From contig CAWHVC010000001.1 in the NCBI GenBank assembly GCA_963832745.1, forward strand, positions 224,001-288,000: DNA of 64,000 nt. The letters are read 5' to 3'. This DNA is from Candidatus Bathyarchaeota archaeon. GTDB taxonomy: Archaea; Thermoproteota; Bathyarchaeia; Bathyarchaeales; Bathycorpusculaceae. A program made the position numbers and the translations under genes. Within the stretch, counting starts at the first letter, position 1. Each line of letters opens with the position of its first letter. The notes under the pieces are model-generated. The model was not told where the DNA came from. It saw nothing but the letters and a program-made list of their open reading frames with translations, and made no database searches. Shown here piece after piece: positions 37,786 to 47,575 of the stretch.

Positions 37786-38010
37786 TTGTTAATGACTAAG
37801 TTACCCGATTCAGTACCTTACAACATTAAGGTGTCCTTTTTTGAGTATCAACGCAAGGAATGGGAAAAAGTCCTTGAATCGTCAAAGAATAGCTCAATTG
37901 GAGAAGAACAATCAGATAGTGCACAGCATTGGGTAAGTGTAAATAGGTACGCTTTAGAAAAAATAGAAGAAATTGATAAGAAAATAGAAGAACTGAAAAC
38001 TAGCCGTTAA
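37786..38010 (+). CDS. Hypothetical helical protein
   Basis: Short ORF with GAGGT upstream and coiled-coil-like end. Confidence 0.55.
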   Translation: MLMTKLPDSVPYNIKVSFFEYQRKEWEKVLESSKNSSIGEEQSDSAQHWVSVNRYALEKIEEIDKKIEELKTSR

Positions 38011-38537
38011 ATCCTTAGACAGAGCAACTCTGCTCAAGCAAAGGTTCAATCAATTTGAACACTGTATTTCTATTGCCCTTCTGGAAGCCACCAGCCGTTT
38101 CCAGGTTCAAATTACAAAAAATTAGCATGATTAAATTTTGCCCTAAAGAAAAACAATAAAAAAAATGAATAATTTAAATTGTACTATGAACTTACCCATA
38201 CCTTCATCAATTAAATTGATTCAAGTAAATAGGACCTGTTAGAATGGCTTATCATCCGCTCAGCGACTTAACCGGTAACCCATTAGTTGGAGTAGTAATA
38301 GTCATAATAATTATAGTAGTAACATTTGGCATACGTTATTATCGAAACCGCGCAGGTTCCAAACCCAACAATACGCTTAAAAAATAACCTTTGCACATTT
38401 TAGGCAACAAAAAATTTACAAAGAAAAAATCACGGTTCCCTAAAATTTTTCTCCTCACAAGCAAGGGCTGTGTTCAATCGGCACCGTGGGCATTAAACTT
38501 AAATCCGCTCCCTCACCTACTATGTATGGGGTAAAAA

Positions 38538-38684
38538 ATGCCAACAGAATGTAAAAACTGTAAAAAAATAGTTGAACCCATATTCAAAATGGATGAAGGC
38601 ATTAACCGCCATGTTTGCCCTGAATGCGGTTGCGTAATAGACGCATGCACGGATAACATACAAGTTATAGGACGAGACATGTAG
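38538..38684 (+). CDS. Zn-ribbon microprotein (48 aa, not in ORF track)
   Basis: MPTECKNCKK...HVCPECGCVIDAC; GGGGT upstream. Confidence 0.65.
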   Translation: MPTECKNCKKIVEPIFKMDEGINRHVCPECGCVIDACTDNIQVIGRDM

Positions 38685-38830
38685 CAGTTTTACGGCTGCT
38701 TAAACCAAAGAACAACAAGGAACTCTGCAAAGGTAAACAGACACTATAAAGAATTAGTCATAACCCTATGTCAGATGAAATATTTTGCTCTTAAATGAGG
38801 GTTTTTAAAATTAATGAACTATTAAAATGG

Positions 38831-39193
38831 TTATGCTTTGCTTTTCAGCCAGTCCATTGCTTCTAAACGTGAGCTAAAACCTGTGAAAGGCATCGACGCA
38901 TTTGTTGTTACATTGGACACTATTATACTTAGAAGTTTACAGGCGCCTACTATTGCCATCGCTTTAACGTAAGGTTCAACCTTTGGGGCTATTTGCATCC
39001 AAGAATCTACGCTTTGCTTATCAAATTGGCAATCTGTCAAATCAATCAGTAGTAACGAATTTTTTGGAGGACACTTAGACAAGCCTTTCAAAAGCTCCAT
39101 TGCAGTCTCCATTGCTTGTTTAGGCGTTGTATTTGACATGTCCGATAACATTATAGCAGTTCCTTTATGGTCTACCATTGTTAATGAAGTCAT
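38831..39193 (-). CDS. STAS/SEC14 (SpoIIAA-like) protein
   Basis: LLIDLT, AMAIVG, FSSRLEAMDWL. Confidence 0.8.
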   Translation of the reverse strand: MTSLTMVDHKGTAIMLSDMSNTTPKQAMETAMELLKGLSKCPPKNSLLLIDLTDCQFDKQSVDSWMQIAPKVEPYVKAMAIVGACKLLSIIVSNVTTNASMPFTGFSSRLEAMDWLKSKA

Positions 39194-39457
39194 ACGATAA
39201 CCTTGACGAAAGAATTTAGGTAAAAGTGCTATTTAGTAATTATGGATTCTAAATTAGTGACAAAAGAACACCCAAGACCGTGAAACTAAGGGACACCGCC
39301 GCCAGTTACTTAATCAATTAATCACCAAAATCGTGTGGCAAGCTTTTATGAAAACATAAAATGAATCAAAAATTCATAACGATTTTATAACAATTTTGTA
39401 TAATTTAACATTTGAATTGTACAATTAGATCTTCCTAAGTCATTAAGAGAGATAATC

Positions 39458-40534
39458 TTGGAACCAAAATCACCAATAGAAAAAAATTTCCACGCTAACT
39501 TACTTGACCACATTGGACAAGCAGTCATGATGGTAAATATAAACAGGAAAGTTTCTTTTTGGAATACAGCTTCCGAAAAACTCTTCGGTTGGACAAAAAC
39601 ACAAGCATTAAATCAGGATGTAGTCGAAGTTTTAGCAGGCGCAGAGGCAGAAAATGAAGTTGAGTCCATAACAAAATGGTTAACTTCTAAAGAAGCAATC
39701 ACAACTGAATATTTGGCTCAACGAAAAGACGGGTCATTGGTTCCAATTCTTGTTAACTGCTCACCAGTTTATGATGAGACAAGCGTTTACAGTGGTTCCG
39801 TAGTTAGTGCCATAGATATTACTGAACAGAAAACGATTGAGAAAGAAATGACGGTGGCACTAGAGTATTTGTCAGTTAACATTGATAAGGTTGAAGAGTT
39901 AAATGAAAAGTTACGAGTCGTCGGCAGTTTAACCAGGCATGACGTACGTAACAAGCTTAGCTCCGTAACAGGTTACTCCTATATTCTCAAAAAGAGACAT
40001 TATGATTTGGCTGACGTTGTCGAAGGACTTGACAAAATGTCTCAAGCAGTTCAGGATTCCATGAAAATTTTTGAAATCGCCAACACGTATGAACAGGTGG
40101 GTGTTGAAGAATTGGTTGACATGGATGTCGGGAAAGTTGTTGACGAAGCCGTTGCAATGTTCCCTGATTTATCCTTCACAATAGTAAATGATTGTCAGGG
40201 CTTATTTGTTCGGGCTGATTCTTTGTTAAGACAACTTGTCTTCAATTTTATTGATAACACAAGGAAATACGGCAAAATAACAAAAACTGTTAGGGTTCAC
40301 TTTAAGAAGACTGTTTCTGGCGATTTGCAACTGATTTATGAAGATGACGGCTTAGGCATACCTAAAGAGAACAAAGAGCAACTCTTTAAAAAAGGCTTCA
40401 GCACTGGAGGCAGCACTGGCTTTGGATTATTTTTATCAAAGAAAATAATACAAGTTTATGGCTGGAGTATAAGAGAAGAAGGAGAAGCCGGTAAAGGCAC
40501 AAAACTGGTAATGACGATCCCCACCACTAACTAA
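39458..40534 (+). CDS. PAS sensor histidine kinase
   Basis: PAS, RHDVRN H-box, YEDDGLG, STGFGL. Confidence 0.93.
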   Translation: MEPKSPIEKNFHANLLDHIGQAVMMVNINRKVSFWNTASEKLFGWTKTQALNQDVVEVLAGAEAENEVESITKWLTSKEAITTEYLAQRKDGSLVPILVNCSPVYDETSVYSGSVVSAIDITEQKTIEKEMTVALEYLSVNIDKVEELNEKLRVVGSLTRHDVRNKLSSVTGYSYILKKRHYDLADVVEGLDKMSQAVQDSMKIFEIANTYEQVGVEELVDMDVGKVVDEAVAMFPDLSFTIVNDCQGLFVRADSLLRQLVFNFIDNTRKYGKITKTVRVHFKKTVSGDLQLIYEDDGLGIPKENKEQLFKKGFSTGGSTGFGLFLSKKIIQVYGWSIREEGEAGKGTKLVMTIPTTN

Positions 40535-40552
40535 AAACATGCCTTTTCTTAT

Positions 40553-41104
40553 TTAAACTGGAATTGGCACAGTTCTTGATGTTTCACCATTTAGCTTCTT
40601 CAGCAAGTCAATTGTTGCTGCACAAAAATCAGGTAAATCCGCAGGCCAACGCGACGTAACTATGTTTCCGTCAGTTACAGCGGATTTATCAACAACCACG
40701 TTTGCGCCAGCATTTTTTAAGTCAGTGCGGACGGACGGCCAACTAGTCATCGTTTTCCCACATACTATCTCTGCTGAAATCAAAACTTGAGGGCCATGAC
40801 AAACTGCTGCTATCGCTATGTTTTTCTTGTTTACCTCTTTAACAATGCTAACTAAACCTTCGTTTACCCGCATCTTATCAGGAGCCCTTCCTCCTGGTAT
40901 TATGACAGCGTCGTATTCGTTAATGTTGATTTGTTCTGGAGAAAATTCGGACATGAAGGATACGCCGTGCTCGCCGGTGTAGACGTGATTAGTTTTTGGG
41001 GCAACGATATCCATTTTGTAGCCTTCCTCTTGGAAGCGGTAGTATGGGTAGATGAACTCTGAATCTTCAAAGCCATTTTCTAAAAATATGAGTATTTTCT
41101 TCAT
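40553..41104 (-). CDS. pfpI: PfpI/DJ-1 family protein
   Basis: FEDSE, IPGGRAP, AVCHGP, TSRWPADL. Confidence 0.92.
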   Translation of the reverse strand: MKKILIFLENGFEDSEFIYPYYRFQEEGYKMDIVAPKTNHVYTGEHGVSFMSEFSPEQININEYDAVIIPGGRAPDKMRVNEGLVSIVKEVNKKNIAIAAVCHGPQVLISAEIVCGKTMTSWPSVRTDLKNAGANVVVDKSAVTDGNIVTSRWPADLPDFCAATIDLLKKLNGETSRTVPIPV

Positions 41105-41311
41105 AAAATTCGCTGTTGAATGATTTGCAGTACTCTAAAAAAAGGCTGGTTGGTTCATCCTGTTTTAACAAAAAGCTTGAATTTGTACTATTAGCTATAA
41201 ATGAAGATAACGCAAAAACGTTAAGCCCTAAAGCCTGATTATAGCTAGCACTTGTAGCAGAACCTTCTGGGTTTGTGCAAGCATTATTTTTTTTTAAGCC
41301 TTCAAACTGGC

Positions 41312-41437
41312 TTAATTTGTTGGGCAATTTTTTGTTGGATTGTACCATTGCCTGATTGCTTTTGCTGCAGTTTCTGAATAACCTTGTTCAGGGAGTTTGT
41401 TAAGTGCTTCTTTAGATTTTGACTTTTCATTAACCAT
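41312..41437 (-). CDS. Microprotein with GYS-x6-I-x2-WYxP motif (41 aa, not in ORF track)
   Basis: MVNEKSKSKEALNKLPEQGYSETAAKAIRQWYNPTKNCPTN; GAGGT upstream; resembles 44102..44251. Confidence 0.6.
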   Translation of the reverse strand: MVNEKSKSKEALNKLPEQGYSETAAKAIRQWYNPTKNCPTN

Positions 41438-41938
41438 TTCAAAAACCTCAAATCACATGCAATAACACTTTTTAATCCTTGTATGATATAACACAATCAG
41501 CAATAATATGTCTTCATTATGATAAACAGCCTAACTGTTTTACAGATAAGGTAAGTAATTTGCTTAAAAAACGCAAATAATGCCTAAGCAAACGTTATTT
41601 TAAGCAACTTTAAATCAAAACCAACTGGTGGTTTGTAGAACATTGATTATTTGTCCTCACCAAACGGTAAAAAATTAGACGCTGCACGCTCTGCAAACGA
41701 ATAACGGTGAGCAAACGCTGTCATTTTTTGTTGCCAAAGACATATTCGCCCCTAGCACACCAAATTGTTTAAGCTATAACCGCTTTAAACCGCACAATTT
41801 CTACATCATCATGTTGGGTATTTCTTGAATAATTCAAAACACTGTAGATAATGGCTGTATCGATTGATGTTAAAGATTATTAAGCACAAAATATACCTTG
41901 AAAATTATGGCTGAGGTTACAAATAATGCGAACGAGGT

Positions 41939-43357
41939 TTGAAAGGGGTGAAAATAAAAAACCAGTTGATTATAACCAGCACTGCCTTCATTGTGATATT
42001 AAGTATAATCATGGTTTCAATTTTTTATTCAGACCAGCAGGCAACAATTCTTGTCAATGACCGCGCGGTTGCCAGCGACATTGAAAACGGAATCAGCAAT
42101 CTAAACCATATTTCCGACAGCTATTTTCTTTATGAGGAAAATTCACAATTATCCGATTGGCAGTCAAATATTACAGCTCTTTACAGTTACGTTTTACAAC
42201 TAAATTCAACCGACAGCAATCAAAATCAAATTTTCAGCACATTATCGTCAGACATCCAAAAAGTGGATAGCGCATTTAATAATAGTGCAGCTTACCTTGA
42301 AAAAACCCCCCGAAATGAGACAATAAGAAGCGATCCTCAATTTCAAGATATTTGGAGCAAACTCTCTGACGCTCTGCAATCTTTCTCAAACGATACAACA
42401 CAACTATCCCAAACTCTACATTACCAAAGCAACACAATCAACATGTCAAACATTTACTTAATCATCTCTTTGTTAATTGCGTTCGCTGTTTACTTGATAG
42501 TAAGCAATTTTATAATTTTCATACGCACACTGCGGACAGTTTCAGAAATAGATGAAGGCATTAAAATTATTGGCACAGGAAACTTTGATTATCCAGTGAA
42601 AACTAAAAAGAGTGATGAATTAGGCGAACTCTCAAATTCTGTAAATCTAATGAGGATACAACTGAAAAGAATAACAACACAACTTAAAGAGCAAGAGCGA
42701 TTAGCCGGTATTGGACAGACAGCTGGAATGGTAGGACACGATTTACGTAACCCTTTACAATCAATCGTTGGTGAAGTCTACTTGATCCAGCAAGAAATAG
42801 AATCTTTTCCAGAGAGCCAAAATAAGGAAAAAGTTAAAGAAAGCATCCAATTAGTTTCAGAACAAATTGCTTACATGGAAAAAATAGTTTCAGATTTGCA
42901 AACATTCGTAAAACCCATTGAACCCCAAAAAGAGTTGACAAACGCAAAAAAATTGGTGGCGAGCGTTTTATCACTAATAAAAATTCCATTAAACATAACA
43001 CTAACTTTAACAGTGGATGATAAATTAACGGTGAATGCCGACCCTCAACTGCTAAAAAGGGTTCTGGTAAACTTGATAAACAATGCAATTCAAGCTATGC
43101 CAAACGGCGGCAGTCTTGGTATAATGGGAAAGACAACATTCGACGGAAAAGTTCAGTTATTAGTCGAAGACACCGGCATGGGTATACCTGACAATATCAA
43201 ATCCAAAGTTTTTACGCCATTATTTACTACTAAATCGAAAGGCCAAGGTTTTGGTTTGGCTGTATGTAAAAGAGTAGTTGAGGCTCAGGGTGGCACAATA
43301 ACATTCGAGAGTCAACAAGGAAAAGGGACAAGATTCATTATCGAATTACCGGCCTAA
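41939..43357 (+). CDS. Membrane sensor histidine kinase with HAMP domain
   Basis: 2 TM, DELGEL HAMP, GHDLRNPL, NAIQAM, DTGMG, FTTK..GQGFGL. Confidence 0.95.
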   Translation: MKGVKIKNQLIITSTAFIVILSIIMVSIFYSDQQATILVNDRAVASDIENGISNLNHISDSYFLYEENSQLSDWQSNITALYSYVLQLNSTDSNQNQIFSTLSSDIQKVDSAFNNSAAYLEKTPRNETIRSDPQFQDIWSKLSDALQSFSNDTTQLSQTLHYQSNTINMSNIYLIISLLIAFAVYLIVSNFIIFIRTLRTVSEIDEGIKIIGTGNFDYPVKTKKSDELGELSNSVNLMRIQLKRITTQLKEQERLAGIGQTAGMVGHDLRNPLQSIVGEVYLIQQEIESFPESQNKEKVKESIQLVSEQIAYMEKIVSDLQTFVKPIEPQKELTNAKKLVASVLSLIKIPLNITLTLTVDDKLTVNADPQLLKRVLVNLINNAIQAMPNGGSLGIMGKTTFDGKVQLLVEDTGMGIPDNIKSKVFTPLFTTKSKGQGFGLAVCKRVVEAQGGTITFESQQGKGTRFIIELPA

Positions 43358-43426
43358 AGAACCGATTCAAAAACTATAATCTTGACTAAAATTACTCTGC
43401 AGTATCACCATGGAGAGAGAAGAATT

Positions 43427-43949
43427 TTATCGGCGTCTTTTGATTGCCGCCAATATCCCAACCCAAACAGTCAAGACAACTAAATAGAAAACAAGCCCCA
43501 AAGATGCAGCAACTGCAGCGTTAAAAAGCAATGCTGTAACTTCAAGATCTAAAAGGGCACCCACCGAGAGAAATACAACTTCAAAGTTCCTTAACCCTCG
43601 ATATTCCGCATAAGCAAATATCACAAGTAACGCGGTCCACGTTATGAATATACCGTGAGCGCCACCTACGAAAATGGGGTGAGAAATAACTCGGTTAATT
43701 ATTGAAATTGTTATCAGGAGTAGTGGGACAGTTTTGTTTCTACGAAAAATCTATGAATGCGATAAGGTTTAGCACAATGAAAACTGCGACGTTTGCAACT
43801 GCAATAGGCCAATCGACTGCCAAAACGAAGCGGGAGCTTGGTTCACTCGCAACAGCACGATTTGTAGTCCAGAAAAATATTGAAACAAATTCGCCAACAA
43901 TTGTTAATGCAGTAAGAAGTAGCAAAATCTTGTGCTTGATATCTCGCAT
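43427..43949 (-). pseudogene. Frameshifted membrane protein gene
   Basis: 43740..43949 continues after a frameshift near 43750 (IFRRNKTVPLLLITISIINR...) into 43427..43624. Confidence 0.7.
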
Positions 43950-44101
43950 GGCGAAGTACTGGGTTGCTTTAATAAACGCCTTAAGGTGAATACTTATTTC
44001 TAAATCTGCGAAGGATAAGGTGTATTTTTGTTGTACATAGATACCGAAAGTAGTCTTGATTCAGAATGTTTATATCGGAAATCAATTTTTTTGATAAAAA
44101 C

Positions 44102-44251
44102 ATGATACGCGGAACTAAGCACTCAAACGAAAAAGTATTCGGCAAACTAGCTACTGATTTAGGATATTCTGATAAAGTTCAACATTTAATTTGGCTTTGG
44201 TACCACCCAACAGAAAAATGTTCAACCGACATTTTAGACCAAAAAGTTTGA
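44102..44251 (+). CDS. Microprotein with GYS-x6-I-x2-WYxP motif
   Basis: LGYSDKVQHLIWLWYHPT; in-frame ATG at 44102 within the track ORF 44066..44251. Confidence 0.6.
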   Translation: MIRGTKHSNEKVFGKLATDLGYSDKVQHLIWLWYHPTEKCSTDILDQKV

Positions 44252-44438
44252 CCGATATCTCGTTTTGCGTTTAACATTTATTCTTTGCATTCAAGAAGAC
44301 CATTAAGTCACGCTTTTTAAGCCAAGCATAGTGAGAAAACGTAATTTCCGTGCTGGTCTAAGAACGCTATAGCCTGTTTTGGGTCAACTTGTAAAAAAGT
44401 TATATATTGTGAGGCAGTAGAGAGCACGGGTGTTATAG

Positions 44439-45191
44439 ATGAAAGTAGGACTTTTTGGATTTGGCAGGGCAGGCAAAGCCGTTGCAACAGTACTGCTGCA
44501 AAGTGAAGAAGTAGACCTTTGTTGGGTTATCAGAAAATCAACAAATCTTCAACATCGTTCAGTTCCAGAATTTCTTGGTATTCAACATGATAATCAAGGA
44601 TTAATTTTTACTAAAGACGAGTGGAAACTCGATGACCTTTTCGATAAACACCCTGTCGATGTTATAATTGATTTTTCTTCCGCAGATGCAGTATTATCTT
44701 ACGGTGAAGAAGCGGCTAAACGAGACATCGCAATTGTAACCGCAATATCAAACTACCCCGACCAAACATTAGCTTTTCTGAAACAGTTATCTGAAAATAC
44801 CAAGGTCCTCTGGTCACCTAACATCACTGTAGGCATTAACTTCTTGATGTTAGCAGCTAAAATCCTCAAAACAATCGCGCCTTATACAGATATTGAATTG
44901 ATTGAAGAACATTTCAAAAACAAAAAAGAAGTCTCTGGTACGGCAATAAAAATTTCGCAAACTTTATGCTTACCGCATACGGACATTAAATCTGTAAGGG
45001 CAGGCGGTATTGTCGGTCGTCATGAGATTATTTTTGGTTTCCCTTATCAAACAGTAAGGTTAATTCATGAATCCATAACAAGAGAAGCATTTGGAAACGG
45101 CGCAATGTTTGCTGCTAAGTGCCTTGCTGATAAGAAAAATGGTTTCTACACTATGGAAGACCTGTTGCTACCTTACTTTAATTTATCATAG
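44439..45191 (+). CDS. dapB: 4-hydroxy-tetrahydrodipicolinate reductase-like protein
   Basis: GFGRAG, IIDFS, SPN, E.HF..K..VSGTA, RAGGIVGRH, H....R..FG.GA. Confidence 0.85.
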   Translation: MKVGLFGFGRAGKAVATVLLQSEEVDLCWVIRKSTNLQHRSVPEFLGIQHDNQGLIFTKDEWKLDDLFDKHPVDVIIDFSSADAVLSYGEEAAKRDIAIVTAISNYPDQTLAFLKQLSENTKVLWSPNITVGINFLMLAAKILKTIAPYTDIELIEEHFKNKKEVSGTAIKISQTLCLPHTDIKSVRAGGIVGRHEIIFGFPYQTVRLIHESITREAFGNGAMFAAKCLADKKNGFYTMEDLLLPYFNLS

Positions 45192-45235
45192 CCAAAGCTA
45201 GTCCTTTCTTATTTTTTGAAAAAATAAAACTATTT

Positions 45236-45643
45236 TTAAGTTGATTTCCCATTAAAGCAGAAGTGTTCTACCGGCTTACCCGAAGACAAGTTGTATTCTT
45301 TGTAAACTTGACATGTGTTGCATATGCATGCTTTACTTGCATCAAGGTCGTTACATGCTGCTTTGCCAATTGAACAATACGGTCCAGGTAACTGGTCAGG
45401 ACTTGGCATTTTCATTTCACCCATCGGGGTCGGCATTGCACTCATTGCACCCGCAGGCATTTCTGAACCTTGCATACCCATTTTAGCCCGCATATCCATC
45501 ATCAGTTTAAGTTTCGGTTTACTGCAGGCACTCTGCGATTGAACTGGACACATTCCACACATACACTTCATTACAACATCATTATTTAGGGGAACCTTCT
45601 GCTCGTCTTTATGTTTGAATAAAGGCACAACATTCACCTCCAA
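45236..45643 (-). CDS. DUF2769-like Cys-rich protein with Met-rich insert
   Basis: CMCGMCP, YCSIGKA.C, CICNTC.VY, HFC..G. Confidence 0.8.
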   Translation of the reverse strand: MEVNVVPLFKHKDEQKVPLNNDVVMKCMCGMCPVQSQSACSKPKLKLMMDMRAKMGMQGSEMPAGAMSAMPTPMGEMKMPSPDQLPGPYCSIGKAACNDLDASKACICNTCQVYKEYNLSSGKPVEHFCFNGKST

Positions 45644-45719
45644 AAAAGAAAATATTCAATTAAACAATTTTTCTTGAAGGAATAAAAATGGTTGTTACTG
45701 GCAATTTGCACTCACAAAT

Positions 45720-46180
45720 TTGAGAGTTAGATTAACTGCGTATGAGGATAACGGCCAAATAATCAACTTGTACTTAAACATCCGCACAAAAGGTGCCTAC
45801 ACTAAAGACTGGATAGACATTTACAGTTCCGGCAGAGGCTTCTTAACTCAATCAAATCCGAAGACACAAAGACAGCTTACTTATTTGATGATAATGTTTC
45901 CGTTTTGGAATAACATCCCGCAAGGCGGCACTGTCGATTTTCAAGTTGAAGCTTTAATTGGGTCTGTCCACCGAATAGTTAACGGTCAGAGGCTCCATGG
46001 ATTTTTGAAGACCACGAAAGCGCCTGGAGTAACACACAAACCGTAACAGTGCCGGAACCAACCGCGAATCCTTCAACCATCTGTTCCAGAAATTACCGTT
46101 ATCGCAGTTTTGCCTTTGCTTGCAGCGGCGTCTTTAGCGATATTTCTTCTCAGAAAGAAGCTGCCAAGTTTCAGGCAGGC
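45720..46180 (+). pseudogene. Remnant of a secreted/anchored protein gene
   Basis: GGTVDFQVEALIG fragment followed by a frameshifted Pro/Thr linker and TM-like segment; no intact 5' end. Confidence 0.5.
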
Positions 46181-46912
46181 TTACCTCTGCAGCAGGTTAA
46201 CTTGACGAATTACTTCTTCCGCTTCAGCAATTCGGCCTTCTGGCACTGGCACACGTACAGTATAAGTTTGTGGACCTGTTCTGCCGGAGAAAACGGTGAA
46301 TCTAAATGTTACCAAGTCAACTCCCCGTTTGTTTTCTAACGTTGCCTTATCAAAATGGGTTAATGGTGCACGCCAACAGTACAATCGATGGTTCATGTAA
46401 ACGGCGTCTTTGGAAATATAAGCTTCCACTGCACTGCTGGAAATGTTTTGCCTATAATTTTGCCATGTTGTAAAACGCCAAGTAAACGCAATTAACCCGA
46501 TTAACCCCAGCATAGTAGCGAACACGTAGATTCCTGCTTCAGAATCAAAAACCCAAAATAAAATCCCGAAAAACAGGGCAAACGCTGTGACCACAAGGAA
46601 AAGCCCCATTTTTTGCTGCATTTCAATGCCGCACTCTTTTTTGCTATAGCTGCTCCATTGGGTCGGCGTGTAGGTCCAGTGTGCCAGCAGGTTTTTGCCG
46701 CTTAAAATGTCATTCAGTTTAATTGCTTGGTTATAGACAAAGCCTGTTGCCACTCCAAAAGTGATGGCTAAAAAGAAGCTGATAAAAGACACTGCGAAAC
46801 CGCCGTCAAATCCATCCAAACCTATGATAGATGGGACAAAAATCATGACTACCCAAAAAACGGCGGTACACAGCAGAATTTGAGCGTTTCTTTTTTGCGG
46901 GTTATTTTGCAT
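46181..46912 (-). CDS. Membrane protein
   Basis: 4 TM, LAHWTY and VRVPVP.G motifs. Confidence 0.8.
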   Translation of the reverse strand: MQNNPQKRNAQILLCTAVFWVVMIFVPSIIGLDGFDGGFAVSFISFFLAITFGVATGFVYNQAIKLNDILSGKNLLAHWTYTPTQWSSYSKKECGIEMQQKMGLFLVVTAFALFFGILFWVFDSEAGIYVFATMLGLIGLIAFTWRFTTWQNYRQNISSSAVEAYISKDAVYMNHRLYCWRAPLTHFDKATLENKRGVDLVTFRFTVFSGRTGPQTYTVRVPVPEGRIAEAEEVIRQVNLLQR

Positions 46913-47024
46913 GATTGTTTCAAGGCTTGTTTGTTTACATGACTAATAAGCGTTAAACAACATTTTGGCAACATTAAGTTTTTAAGAATGATCAAACCCC
47001 TGAAAATAGTTAAAGGGTTTCTTT

Positions 47025-47483
47025 ATGAAAAGCTTGCTTATTTGTTTCTCGTATCATCATAATAACACTCAAAAAGTTGCACAGACATTCGCAGAGGTTC
47101 TTCCTGCAGAAATTAAATCACCCCTAAACGTTGACCCAACAAGCCTTTTAGGGTACGACTTAATCGGGCTTGGTTCCGGCATCTACTTTGGGAAACACCA
47201 CAAAACACTGCTTGAATTTGCCGATAAACTACCAAGCAGCGAGAACCAGCAAGTGTTCATTTTTTCCACCAGTGGTCAACCAAACAACGTCGAGAAACTG
47301 CACAAGAAGCTGCGACAGAAACTTCAAGATAAAGGCTACAGCGTAATAGGCGAATTCAACTGTCCTGGTTACGATACTTACATGCTAATGAGGTTGGTTG
47401 GTGGCATCCAGAAAGGTCACCCAGACAAAACAGACATTAAAGCAGCTAAAGAGTTCGCAGAAAGCTTAGTCAAGAAAGTTTGA
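47025..47483 (+). CDS. Flavodoxin family protein
   Basis: SYHHNNTQKVA, GLGSGIY, FSTSG, GHPD. Confidence 0.92.
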   Translation: MKSLLICFSYHHNNTQKVAQTFAEVLPAEIKSPLNVDPTSLLGYDLIGLGSGIYFGKHHKTLLEFADKLPSSENQQVFIFSTSGQPNNVEKLHKKLRQKLQDKGYSVIGEFNCPGYDTYMLMRLVGGIQKGHPDKTDIKAAKEFAESLVKKV

Positions 47484-47575
47484 CTAACACGTTGGCATCT
47501 TAAAACATTTTTTAGTCAAGTTTTCTTGACGAATAACGCTTTAAGACCGTAGCGACGAGCCTTTTTTGATGAAAA

